A stretch of 64,000 bases of DNA from Eledone cirrhosa (GCA_964016885.1 OZ024746.1:48670001-48734000), one strand, 5' to 3'; shown: positions 13,710 through 26,264, counted from the first letter of the stretch. Notes: a model not told the origin generated them from the sequence alone. Numbers and translations are program-made.

Positions 13710-13932
13710 GGGCAGAGGATTGGCGGAATCGGTAGAGCGTCAGACAACATGCTTAGCGGCCTAGAATTATGGCTCTTTACGTTCTGAGATTAAATACCAT
13801 CAAGGTTAGCTTTGCCTTTCATCCGTACGGGGTCGATAAAATAAAGTACCAGTAATGCACTGGGGTCGGTTTAATCGACTTTCCCCTCCCCCAAAAATTG
13901 TTGGCCTTGTGCCTAAATCAGAAACAATTATT
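13710..13932 (+). mobile_element. tRNA-derived SINE, full length, with target-site duplication
   Basis: Family consensus; TTATTTTTATTGACAAAGG is repeated on both sides (about 13693 and 13928). Confidence 0.85.
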
Positions 13933-14143
13933 TTATTGACAAAGGAGTGACAAAAAAGAAATGTGATCAAAATGTGATTATCAAATGACCCGAAATCATT
14001 TTGTCCGACTATCAAATGCGGATGTTTTTGACCATTACGTAAAATTGTGGCATGCCGTGGTTTTATGTTGTAAATCATAATATGACAGCTTCTTTAGACC
14101 ACACAAGTGTAGGCCCGTTTATATTTTGAAACAATTTTACTCG

Positions 14144-14178
<35 letters not shown>

Positions 14179-14182
<4 letters not shown>

Positions 14183-14865
14183 AAGTATTATTTAAATTGT
14201 TGGGTTACAACGAGTAAATATTTATAACTGATATAAAAGCACTCAACAGGTATTTGGAGTATATTTACGATATTAAATAAATGGAAACTATATTTATAAA
14301 ACCATATTTATTTCATTATATATATTTCAGGGATATCATATTAAAAATATGGTATGCCTTCATCAGACAAAATACAATATAAACAGTCTTATAAATAGAT
14401 AGATTTGACATACCTTACACTTCAACTTCCATTTAAAAAGTTGATTTGGTAGTGAAAAATGTTAGGGACAGTTATAGAGAAAAAAGAAAGAAAGAAAGAA
14501 AGCGAAGAAAAAGAAGAAATGCATGCAACGAAAAACAGAGAGAGATAGATATAGAGAGATAGATAGAGAGAAGAAATTCATGTAAAGAAAAAACAGAGAG
14601 AGATAGATAGAGAGAGAAAAAACAGAGGGAGATAGATAGAGAGAGAGAGAGAGAGAGAAAAGAGAGAGAGAGAGAGAGAGAAAATAGAGAGAGATAGATA
14701 TAGATAGAGATAGAGAGAGAGAAAAATAGGTAGTTGGGCACCAGTTGAATGACGTATCAATGATATATTTATTTATTTATTTATTTATTTAGTTCTAGTA
14801 TTAAGGTAGAGAGAGATATATGTGGTTAGGAGAGAAAACAGCCGTTACATAGAGAGAAAAGAAAA
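14179..14865 (-). mobile_element. Inverted 3' copy (pLTR plus ~88-nt extension) of PLE B
   Basis: 14725-14865 is the reverse complement of 17364-17505; 14267-14697 matches 8215-8638; hammerhead at 14309-14374; abuts (TA)n. Confidence 0.88.
14309..14374 (-). ncRNA. Type I minimal hammerhead ribozyme (PLE B inverted copy)
   Basis: Same sequence as 8257-8322. Confidence 0.8.
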
Positions 14866-17517
14866 TGACCTGCCAGTCAGATTGATTGCACCATCAAAAT
14901 CTGACCTGGGTAAACTTAGCAAAAACATTCTAGACAGGGTGATACAGCAAATTAAAAACTTGAATTGTTTACCTAACTTGAGCTTGTGGAAGGGAACTGG
15001 AGAGGTTATTGAGTGGTTTAAAGAAATTAAATATAACAATAATAATAAATTTATTCAACTAGATATTGCTAACTATTATTCATCTATTACCCCTAATCTA
15101 CTAAATAAGGCACTAAATTACGCATTCAAACATACAGACCTAACTAGTAATGAAATGCACATTATATTATCGGCTAGGAAAACATTGATAGAATTTAATA
15201 ACCAACTATGGACAGATAGAGATAACAATTTCGACATTACTATGGGATCATCCGACTCAGCTCAGGTAACGGACCTTGTGGGCCTATTTATAATCAATTC
15301 GCTGCATAGGAAAATACCCGGTGTTACCAGAGGATTATATAGAGATGACATGCTTTTACTTATTGAAAATAATAACTCTGAACTAAATAGAAAAAGAAAA
15401 CAAATTACACAATTTTTTAATTACTTTAATCTAAAAATAGAAATTGAGAATAACCATAGAACAGTCAATTTCCTAGATGTAACATTAAATCTCAACACAT
15501 GTCTTCACTATCCATTTCACAAGTTGAACGAAAACTCAAACTATGTCAGTTTTAACTCTAACCACCCCAGATCTGTTAAAAATACTATAGTGAACTCTGT
15601 TCAAAAACGTATCTCTAGAATATCATCTAATAAAAAGATTTTAGACGAAAAAGCCCAGTATTACAATGAAGCGTTAGCTAGAGCAGGATATAGTGATAAA
15701 ATTATGTACATAGATAATAATAGACAAACTAATCAAAATAACAACAATTTTAATTACGGCAACAACTTTAACAACTATAATAGAAAGCATTACAATAATT
15801 CCAAAAGCCAAAAATGAAATAGAACTAGAAATATAATATGGTTTGCCCCCCCTTTCTCACTAAACATTAAAACCCACATCGCTAAACTATTTTTTAATGC
15901 TCTTGATAATCGCTTCCCTAGAACACATAAGTATCACTCAATTTTCAATAGACATACTATAAAATTAACTTACTCATCCACCAAAAATTTAGCACAAAAT
16001 ATTAATAGAATAAATAATAGGAATTTAAAACCTAGCAAAAATACCGATAATAGCCTAAATAATATCCAAGTAAACAAATGTAACTGTAGAGATAGATCTA
16101 AATGTCTGTTAAATAACAATTGCTTAGTTAAAAATATAATATACAACTGTAATGTTAAAACGGACTTAAATTCTTTTAACTATGTTGGTTCCACCTCGAC
16201 AGAATTTAAACTTCGCTATAATAACCACAAGAATTCTTTCACAGATCCAAGCAAAAAATCTTCAACATCACTATCAGGCTTACTCTGGCAACTTAAGCAT
16301 GATAACGTTGGATATTCGACGGCTTGGAATATAGTCTCAAGAGGGATTCCTTTTAATTCATCTTCTGAGACATGTGACCTCTGCGCGGAGGAGATATTCT
16401 TTATACTAAAATCTAAAAATTCCCTTAATTTACGGACAAATTTATTCAGTTGCTGCAGACATAGATTGAACTCAACTTTTAAATATAAATATAAATTTAA
16501 AATGTAGTATATTTACTTATGATTTGTAATTATTTATGAAACTCGCCGATAAATCTTTCGATTTCTTTTTTTTAAACATTCTTCATTAATAATTAAACTA
16601 CCCTAAAAGATGATGCTCCAAATATATCGAATAAATTTTACACTAGATAAACTTCTATAATAAATATAAGACCATCTGTAGATCAAATGGGTATCCTAAA
16701 CTTTTGGAATGATTTCTGCTAGACAGGATTTGGTGAATAATTTTGGTTTTGTTTGCTTTTGATTCTGATGCTTATAATGAACTTGGCAATATATTGTCAA
16801 TTAATTTTGAAGGGTAGATTTCTGTGGTTGATTTGCGGGGCATACTGTGTTTTATTTTTTAATATTTTTAATATTTTTATTGATATATTGATATCTGTTG
16901 TCTATTTTATGCTTGAACGATAATCATGTAGAGTAAAGACAAGAATATTATTGTTAAAATTAATGTAGATTCTATATATATTTGTGTGTATGTACACATA
17001 TATGTATACTAGAATTTTTATAGCACAATGAGAATGTTTTCATGTGAAATAGGAATTTGCAGAGTTGATCACGTAAATTCACATGGATGTCTATAGTATC
17101 GAATCTGGGATAACCTTCTATTTTCTTTTTCTTTTTTCATGAAAGTGCATATATACTTATGTATTTCAATTTTTTTGAAGTTTTTAACTCAGTTCTGATT
17201 ATAAACCTAGGAATTTTAAACTAGACATATTTTTCACAAATTATTGATACGTGTCTCATTCATGAATACTGATATTTACATTATAATACCTAATTCATAC
17301 GAATTGATATTTTAGATTGATGAAACATAATGTTTTAAATCTGCCTCGTTTATCTCTGGATATTTTTCTTTTCTCTCTATGTAACGGCTGTTTCCTCTCC
17401 TAACCACATATATCTCTCTCTACCTTAATACTAGAACTAAATAAATAAATAAATAAATAAATATATCATTGATACGTCATTCAACTGGTGCCCAACTACC
17501 TATTTGTCTCTCTCTCT
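14866..17517 (+). mobile_element. Naiad-like Penelope element 'B', 5'-truncated; RT plus GIY-YIG ORF to 16507 with one in-frame TGA; long AT-rich 3' UTR
   Basis: RLIAPSKSDLGK, FIQLDIANYYSSI, FDITMGSSDSA, GLYRDD, VNFLDVTLNL, SNHP. Past TGA 15815 it reads IIWFAPPFS, CNC...C.L.N.CL, IIYNC..YVGST, CDLC..E, SCCRHR, ending at TAG 16505-16507. Confidence 0.92.
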
Positions 17518-20318
17518 AAAACGGAGCTGGAAAAGTGTTTCACAAAAATACGTTGGAATGCAAAAGTAAACAACAACAACAACAATAATAACAGTAGTAG
17601 TAATATAAACAATAACTCTGAGTATAGAAATAACAGCCATAACAATAACAATAGCAGGAGAGTGAGAAATAGTAATAATGGTAATAATACTAACGATAGA
17701 CAGAACAACAACAACAACCACAATAATAATAATAATAGAAACATTAACCACAGACACAGCAGCAGCGACCACAGTAGTAATAACGGTAACAATACGAACA
17801 ACAAAAACAACAACCACAGTGGTAATAATGGAAATAATACATGTAGCAACATTAATGATAGACACAACAAAAACAAGAAACATAATAAAAGTAACAACCA
17901 CAATGGTAGAAATAACAGTAACAACAACAATAACGGTGAAGTAAACAACAATCACAGCAACAATACATCTAGCAACCATAACAACAATACATCTAACAAT
18001 CACAGCAACAATACATCTAGCAATCATAACAACAATACATCTAACAATCACAGGAACAATACACCTAGCAATCATAACAACAATACATCTAACAATACAT
18101 CTAGCAATCATAACAATAATAATAATGCTAATGATAGGAACAACAACAACCACCATAATAACAATAATAGCAACACACACAACTATGACGATAGATATAA
18201 TGACAACCCCTTAGAGAAACTATTTTTCAACCCAGCTGACGAAACATATAGGATGGGTAATATCTATCCTACGAGGTTACCCTTTAATAAAAGAGTTTGC
18301 ATACCACAACAAATAGATGACGAGACAGAGGCACAGTTCACGATAGCTAGAAATAAGATTAGACAAATAGTAGACCGGTATACTAAGAGACAGAGCAGAC
18401 CAGAAGCCCAACAACTTGGGAGGAAAACTGTAGAAGGCTTGGTTAGCCTCAAGCAGCGCACAAGTGATGGTGAGATAGTATGTCTACCCACGGATAAGTC
18501 TGGTAGGATGTCAATAGATAGCATGCCGAACTACATCAAGACTATGCAACATCACCAACACGAGCGAAATTGCACAGCAAACACATGATGGGAGAGAGAA
18601 AATCCTCAACGCTCTCATGATGATGTGGACTGACATCCTAAAGCCAAGCAGACGCACTGACAACAACTTCCAGGCGTCTAACAATGGAATACAACCCTTG
18701 TATGGGCTCCGCAAAGACCACAAGACAGTCGACGACCCGACAACAGGACCACCAACAAGACCCATATGCGGAGCTAATATAGCTAGCAACTACAGGATCT
18801 CCTACTTCCTATCAATGGTTATACGCCCCATAATCAAGATGTCCCCAGATGTATGTGACAGTACAGAAGACCTCCTCAGCAGAATCAGTGAGTGCAACAA
18901 AAACAGGAACCTATCCAACTGCATAATAGGCAGCATGGATGTGGTATCACTGTACCCATCCATTAACATTGATTTTGCTGTGGAAAAATGTGTGGAGATG
19001 ATCATTGAGAGTGAGGTGGAGTTCTGCGACGTCGACACAGACGAACTGGCCTCCTACTTAGACTTACCTACGACACTGACTACCTAGACAGCCATGACCT
19101 TAGACGTTTCTGCCCTAGTAGACCCATAAGAGGTAGAGCACCCACCATAACCTCAATGGCAAAAAAGACTCCCATGGGGAGGTGGATTGGGAGGACCAAA
19201 GCTATACGGACCCCCCAAAACAATGATCAGGTAAGAAAAATGATCGCACATGCAATAGGGGCTAATATCAAAACTACCCTAAAGGGCCACATATTCAAGT
19301 TCAACGAGAAGATCTACACCCAAAATGAGGGAGCAGCCATTGGCGTCAGCATAGCTGGTGATGTTGCCAACCTTTTTATGGTATGGTGGGAAAGGAGACT
19401 TAAAGATCTCCTTAATGAGAGCTCCATAGACCTCATCATGTACTCTCGTTACGTAGACGATATCAATATAGTTATAAGAACATCCCCACTAGAGAGCACT
19501 AACAAGTTTGATTTAGAACGTAGCACAATGGAAAGCATCCAGCAGATAGCTAATTCCATACACCAGAGTATAACTGTAACTATCGACTACCCTTCCAAAC
19601 ACCCTAAAAATAGACTACCTGTATTAGACACGGAACTCTGGATTAACACTATAGACGAGAGAGCCCAAATTATCCACTCACACTATGCTAAACCCATAGC
19701 CTCCAAATACCTGATACTCAATAACTCAGCAATGTCCAGTAGTGCTAAGTTTAATATTCTGATCGCAGATTTGGTACGAGTGATGAAGAATGTGTCCCAC
19801 ATGTGCGACCCAACAGAAATGGAAAGACACATCCCACACTTCATCAACCGCATGCAGTTCTCTGGCTACAACCAAAGAGACAGAGTCAGAGTATACAAAG
19901 GAGCCATGGAGAAGTATAAGACCCTCATAGAACTGGAAAAAAAAGCAATTTGCCCATTATACAGGAGCAAATCATGGAGTAGCTTAGATAGGGCTAGACA
20001 TAAGATAGGGAAAGCCACCTCATGGTACGACAACCAGAGATACCAGAGTGTCATGTTTGTGGACGCTACACTTGGAGGGAAATTAGCTAACCAGTGTAGA
20101 AAGGCCCTGAGAAAGACCCACTTAAAGATTAAGGTGGTAGAAAAGCCAGGAACCACCATAAAATCCCTGATCAGCAAAACCTACCCTTTTAAGAAAACCC
20201 ACTGTACTAATAGGAAATGTATCATATGTAAGGTAAATCCCCGGATAAACTGTAAAACTAGAAACGTAGTCTATAGCATAAGATGTACAGAGGGTACTTG
20301 CAGAAACATGACAACAAC
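17518..20318 (+). mobile_element. Penelope-like element 'A' main body (non-Naiad clade, exact clade uncertain), frameshifted and 3'-truncated
   Basis: PTDKSG, PLYGLRKDHK, PTRPICGA, GSMDVVSLYPSI, GAAIG, RYVDD; frameshifts near 18560 and 19050; breaks off before YIG. Confidence 0.92.
17565..18200 (+). repeat. In-frame Asn/His/Ser-rich low-complexity tract with 21-bp repeats inside the PLE A ORF
   Basis: AAC/AAT-rich; (N)HSNNTSS/NHNNNTS repeats at about 17950-18115. Confidence 0.85.
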
Positions 20319-20332
20319 TTGTTCTGCTTATC

Positions 20333-20381
<49 letters not shown>

Positions 20382-20559
20382 GCATTTTGAAGACCTTACG
20401 CTATTGTTTTAAAGTAGTGACAGTGTCACTTACTTCTTCAAATTTCAGCAAACAACAATTTTTGCTGGACCGGCAACCACTCTGTATAATCAGTGGCTGA
20501 GGATTTCAGAGACATGGAAGATTCACTGTGATACTGTGTGTGACAAACTGGTCATGCCA

Positions 20560-20690
20560 TCCATCTGACAGACTTCTAAACAGTTTCCGTGTACACAATT
20601 TCACTTGGTTGACTCGATGTTATAGTAGATGGCCAATATGTCACGCAGTGGGATAAAACCCAAAACCTTTTGATTAAGAACACACACACA
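20560..20690 (-). mobile_element. Degraded tRNA/CORE-like SINE
   Basis: CAGTTTCCGT..TATAGTAGA..CACGCAGTGGGATAAAACCC resembles the reverse complement of a SINE head and core. Confidence 0.5.
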
Positions 20691-20824
20691 TATATAATAT
20701 ATATATATATGTATGTATATATATGTATATATGTATATCTATCTATAGATATGTATATATATATACACACACACACATATATATATATATAGAGAGAAAA
20801 GAGAGATGGATATATATATATATA

Positions 20825-20900
20825 TCTATTTATTAAAATAACAGTTTCAGAAGATCCCGTTAAGGGTGAAAGCAGCGATTCTTTGCTTAAAACCTTTAAT
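20825..20900 (+). ncRNA. Hammerhead-like element with CAGAAGA core
   Basis: agttt CAGAAGA tccc-gttaa-gggt GAAA gca-gcgattctt-tgc TT aaaac, preceded by an inverted copy of the family 3' end. Confidence 0.6.
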
Positions 20901-20953
20901 CCCTCTCTCCCCCTCTCTCCCTCTCTCCCTCTCTCCCTCTCTCTCTCTCTCTT

Positions 20954-21007
<54 letters not shown>

Positions 21008-21026
21008 TATATATATATATATTTAT

Positions 21027-21065
<39 letters not shown>

Positions 21066-21067
<2 letters not shown>

Positions 21068-21204
21068 GGTGGTAGAATTAGCCGTCGAAACGGCTTGAGC
21101 TCAGCTGTCGGGGTCCTACTGGTTCCTATTACCCACTCTACTACCTCAAGTATTGAGTACTTTGGTGCGTTATGGTCCACCTGGTTCCTTACCACATTTC
21201 CTTC

Positions 21205-21206
<2 letters not shown>
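21066..21206 (+). mobile_element. TA-flanked element carrying the 3' half of a hammerhead (family also at 42801-42990 and 63630)
   Basis: tagccgtc GAAA cggct-tgagctc-agctg TC ggggtcc followed by a tail homologous to the reverse complement of 42801-42930. Confidence 0.65.
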
Positions 21207-21239
<33 letters not shown>

Positions 21240-21394
21240 TATATATATATAATAGGTATAGGATTATCCTAGATGTAGTAATGGTTAATTACTACACTAG
21301 ATATGGTTGACGTACGGTGAGAGGTTACTCAACGAGTTATGGAAGAATTGTTGAAGAAACTTAGTTCCTGATCCTTCTGTATTCCGGAGTGTAG

Positions 21395-22366
21395 ATAAAG
21401 AATGAATAATAACAGGTAGACATCATAAAAAGGTAATTTATTCCGTGTGCTTACAAATGTTTCCACGGTGGTAATACAGCCTAGTTATGCTATGTGCAAA
21501 TTTACAACTATTTGCAGAACTCAAATATCAAATGCTGTGACCACTGTATCATCAGAGCAGAATGGTTAAAATGTACAATGTAAATACCCTTAAGTGAGGT
21601 TATTGGAGAAGATAGAGTAGAATAGGAAGAGAGGAAAAGTAGGGGAGAGGGAGAGAGAGAGAAAGATATGCAGAGGTTGGAAAAATAGGAGAGAGTGGTT
21701 TGTAGATATCTTAATCAAAATATCATGGTAGGGGTTTTATTATACTGGTTACTTTTAGGGAGATGCGTTGATAGTCAAGGTTGGAATTATTTATTGCCCC
21801 AGAGGGCAGGTTCATAGATGTGGAGAGGGAGGGAGGTAGGCAAAAGGCGAGAGAGAGAGTGGAATTGATATAGAGGGAGAGATAGAGAGAGGACAGACGA
21901 AGTCTTTGGGGTGGGTGAACTTTGGGTTCGTAGTAGTAATCTGCGAATTGCACTGAGTTACCATTTATTATGATAAGCAGGGTATTGTCTTGTAGTGTGG
22001 GGGAAGAGAAGGTGGTTAGCTAGAAAGCGATGTTATAGTTACGGGTTCGAATGTTAAGTTATTTTATAGTGAGAGAATTTAGCTTTTAGTTTGTGGTTGC
22101 AGTATAATGATCGTTCGATTCTATCGTTAAGTAGTTTATTTTTGGATTTTAATATGTAAAAGAGTTCAAGGTTACATAACCTACAGTACTTCAATCCACT
22201 CCGATATGCACTTGCGCTGGAAAGTATATCCCATTTTAAGGTGAACTGTTGGTTACGTTCACGGAGTTGCCAGGTCTTGTTGGCGAGCGTGATCACAAAA
22301 CGTTGATCAGGATGTTTGATTGAGAATCGATGACGGTACCAGCGAGATTTAAACGAGGTGGTGGTA
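21395..22366 (-). mobile_element. Inverted 3' copy of PLE 'C'
   Basis: Reverse complement of 23815-24760; encodes the GIY-YIG C-terminus; hammerhead at 21440-21563. Confidence 0.92.
21440..21563 (-). ncRNA. Type I hammerhead with extended stem II (PLE C inverted copy)
   Basis: Reverse complement of 24592-24715. Confidence 0.8.
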
Positions 22367-24754
22367 AGATTAGACTTATATGCTCTTCTAAATCAGACAT
22401 AGGAAAAATTAGCAAACATATACTAGACAGAGTAATATCTCAAGTGAAAAAGAAAATTGAAATTAAATTATGGGACAACACTAGCGAAGCAATTCGCTGG
22501 TTTAATAACGTTAAGAATAAGAATAAATCTAAGTTCATACAATTTGACATAGACGAATACTACTCTTCAATCTCACCAAGTACTTTACGTAAGACCCTAT
22601 CGTTTGCTAAAGTCAATTCCGACCTAACGGAGGACGAAATTAATATTATTCTCGAGGCTAGGAAAACTATTATTAAGTTTGATAACTGCTACTGGGAACG
22701 TAAGGACAGACCCACAAACTTCGACATTACCATGGGTTCCAACGACTCCGCGGAGGTCACGGATCCTGTGGGAATTTACATAGCTCACATACTACATAGT
22801 AAATTTAGTAATCTACAGGGGGGGGGGGGGATATACAGAGATGACGAGCTCTTATTAGTTAATAACTTGAATAACCAAAATCTTGAAAGGCTACGGAAAA
22901 ATATTAGAAAATCTTTTAGTGAACTGGGTCTAAAAATAACATAGGAATACAATCTTAAAGTAGTAAATTTTCTGGACGTAACTCTTAATTTAAATACCGG
23001 AGTGATACGACCCTTCCACAAGATAAATGAGAACCTTACGTATATCAACTTTAACTCAAACCACCCACTCTCCATGATCAAATCGGTTCCCCGTAGTATT
23101 TCTCTTAGAATCTCTCGCCTATCGTCTGACTCTGAAATTTTTAGTGAACATGCTGAATACTATAATAATGCATTAAGGAATGCCGACCACCGGGATACAA
23201 TAGAATACATTGATAAGAATCTCCATAACACACATAGCTCTACACGAAATCAAGGAATACGTAACCGGGGGACTAAAATACAAGCGCACACACACAGTAC
23301 CGCCAGACATACTAATAATAGAAAATCACCACCAAATAAATCACGTTGTAGAAAGTATATCTGGTACAATCCTATTTTTAATGCCTCGACTAGTACAAAA
23401 CTATCTCATTCATTCTTTAAGTTAATCAACAATCATTTCCCTAGTTCCCATAAATACAGTAAAATTCTGAACTCTAAAACTATTAGACTATCATACTCCA
23501 CGGCACCAAACCTTGAAGCATACATAAAAAAACTTAACTTAAAGCAATTAAACAACACTACAAAACAAAATATGTTGGCAACAGATGGGCAGAAAGGTAA
23601 CATCTGCCTCCCAACCACTAAATGGGAGACGGGTATTACACAACCCACCTGTACTGCTATCACAATCTATCCATGGTATACCCGCTACCCTCAACAAAAA
23701 ATGTAACTGCCATCTACCTGAAAGATGTCCATTGAAGAATGAATGCCTAAAGTCCAACATTGTTTACCAATGCACGGTTGAATCCAACGACCAAAAATGG
23801 TATTACATCGGATCTACCACCACCTCGTTTAAATCTCGCTGGTACCGTCATCGATTCTCAATCAAACATCCTGATCACCGTTTTGTGACCACGCTCGCCA
23901 ACAAGACCTGGCAACTCCGTGAACGCAACCACCAGTTCACCTTAAAATGGGATATACTTTCCAGCGCAAGTGCATATCGGAGTGGATTGAAGTACTGAAC
24001 TCTTTTACATATTAAAATCCAAAAATAAACTACTTAACGATAGAATCGAACGAACATTATACTGCAACCACAAACTAAAAGCTAAATTCTCTCACTATAA
24101 AATAACTTAACATTCGAACCCGTAACTATAACATCGCTTTCTAGCTAACCACCTTCTCTTCCCCCACACTACAAGACAATACCCTGCTTATCACTATAAA
24201 TGGTAACTCAGTGCAATTCGCAGATTACTACTACGAACCCGAAGTTCACCCACCCCAAAGACTTCGTCTGTCCTCTCTCTATCTCTCCCTCTATATCAAT
24301 TCCACTCTCTCTCGCCTTTGGCCTACCTCCCTCTCCAGATCTATGAACCTGCCCTCTGGGGCAATAAATAATTCCAACCTTGACTATCAACGCATCTCCC
24401 TAAAAGTAACCAGTATAATAAAACCCCTACCATGATATTTTGATTAAGATATCTACAAACCACTCTCTCCTATTTCTCCAACCCCTGCATATCTTTCTCT
24501 CTCTCCCTCTCCCCTACTTTTCTCTCTTCCTATTCTACTCTATCTTCTCCGATAACCTCACTTAAGGGTATTTACATTGTACATTTTAACCATTCTGCTC
24601 TGATGATACAGTGGTCACAGCATTTGATATTTGAGTTCTGCAAATAGTTGTAAATTTGCACATAGCATAACTAGGCTGTATTACCACCGTGGAAACATTT
24701 GTAAGCACACGGAATAAATTACCTTTTTATGATGTCAACCTGTTATTATTCATT

Positions 24755-24760
<6 letters not shown>
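22367..24760 (+). mobile_element. Naiad-like Penelope element 'C', 5'-truncated and pseudogenised
   Basis: RLICSSKSDIGK, FIQFDIDEYYSSI, FDITMGSNDS, IYRDD; TAG at 22942; frameshift near 23560-23700; CNC..CPL.NECL, IVYQC..YYIGST; 17-nt deletion near 23998; ends at (TA)n. Confidence 0.92.
24592..24715 (+). ncRNA. Type I hammerhead with extended stem II (PLE C)
   Basis: attctgct CTGATGA tacagtggtcacagc...gctgtattaccaccgtg GAAA catttg TA agcacacggaat. Confidence 0.8.
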
Positions 24761-24809
<49 letters not shown>

Positions 24810-24812
<3 letters not shown>

Positions 24813-24968
24813 ATAATAATAAATTTGAATACTAAAATCCAAAGAGGGCTCGATAAGGATAAATATATATCAAATATATAAGAACCGTAGAGCAAATAGA
24901 GTTTCAAAAGATCCCGTTAAGGGTGAAAGCACCGATTTTTTGCTTAAACTTTAATCTGTTATTTTAAT
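24810..24968. mobile_element. TA-flanked 'AAGGGTGAAAGC' element: inverted extension joined to a hammerhead arm
   Basis: 24810-24898 is the reverse complement of 48403-48490; 24900-24950 is agttt CAAAAGA..GAAA..TT aaact. Confidence 0.75.
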
Positions 24969-24971
24969 ATA

Positions 24972-25066
<95 letters not shown>

Positions 25067-25662
25067 TTATACAATGATATAGAGTAAAGGATGTTTATAA
25101 AAATAATTATTAATAAGACTTGTACGAAAAGAGTTTGTGTAAAAATAATAATAAAAAAACAGAAATAAGTAGAAATGAAATATAAAAAAGAAAATAAGAA
25201 AATCAAAACAGATTTCCAAAGAAAATAACAGAACGCCATAACAACCACATTTGTCGACCTTCCATTTCACCCCTTGTTTTCCTATTTTTATGGTATATTT
25301 TGATTTCATATTTTACTTCTAGTTTCTCCTATTTGTTTAGACAAGATAAATAATTACCTTTACCAACATTAAAAATAATACATATTTTATTATTCTACAT
25401 ACTCTATAACTAATCACGTATTAATAACATATTTAATATATAATCCTAAAAGTTTGTGTGTCCATTTCTCCTTCACTTCTTTCATTGTTTTGGTCTTCCC
25501 TTCTGCGCCATTTTAGACAATGCGTGTCTTACCTCCTTTCCTATTTATCATTCACTTTCATTTCTCATTTGTTCACTCTCTATAGTTGTCTGTTTCCCTA
25601 TTATTTCTCCCTCTTTTTCTCACTCTTTTTCTTTTCTTTAGACGCTCTACTGTTGTCACAAT

Positions 25663-25728
<66 letters not shown>

Positions 25729-26045
25729 CCTCTTTCTCTCTGGAAAATGTTTTTTAGTCCTGTGCATCAAAAGTCATTTCATTACAGAAAGACTGAAAGA
25801 CAATATGAATATGTACGTTCATGTGGAGGTATGTAAATATGTATATTTGTGCAGAAGAGATACACATGTAATAACATTTTCATTTACCTGTGCACACTCA
25901 GACACACACACACACACACCCATACACACATACACACAAACATACACATACATACATGTGTATATAGATACATAATAAATGAAACAAACAAAACACAGGA
26001 GGCAATTTTTACATATTAGGTTCTATATACATGTGTGTGTGTGAT

Positions 26046-26116
<71 letters not shown>

Positions 26117-26264
26117 GAATCCGTAGATGAAAGATCAAGGAAAGCAGTGTTCAATCTGTTACAAGAGAGCTTATTTAGTGTCAACAAACTGTCATACACT
26201 TGACATGTATGTGTTACCATAGGTTCTGGGATCCAGGTATGGCACAATTGAACACACTTGTCCC

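Noticed and set aside
16508-17360. SECIS element in the PLE B 3' UTR
   Set aside because: The ATGA-started hairpins found by eye lack the apical AA and the closing GA quartet.
17496-18180. Poly-Leu/Val/Ile membrane-like ORFs on the minus strand
   Set aside because: They are antisense shadows of the AAC/AAT-rich tract.
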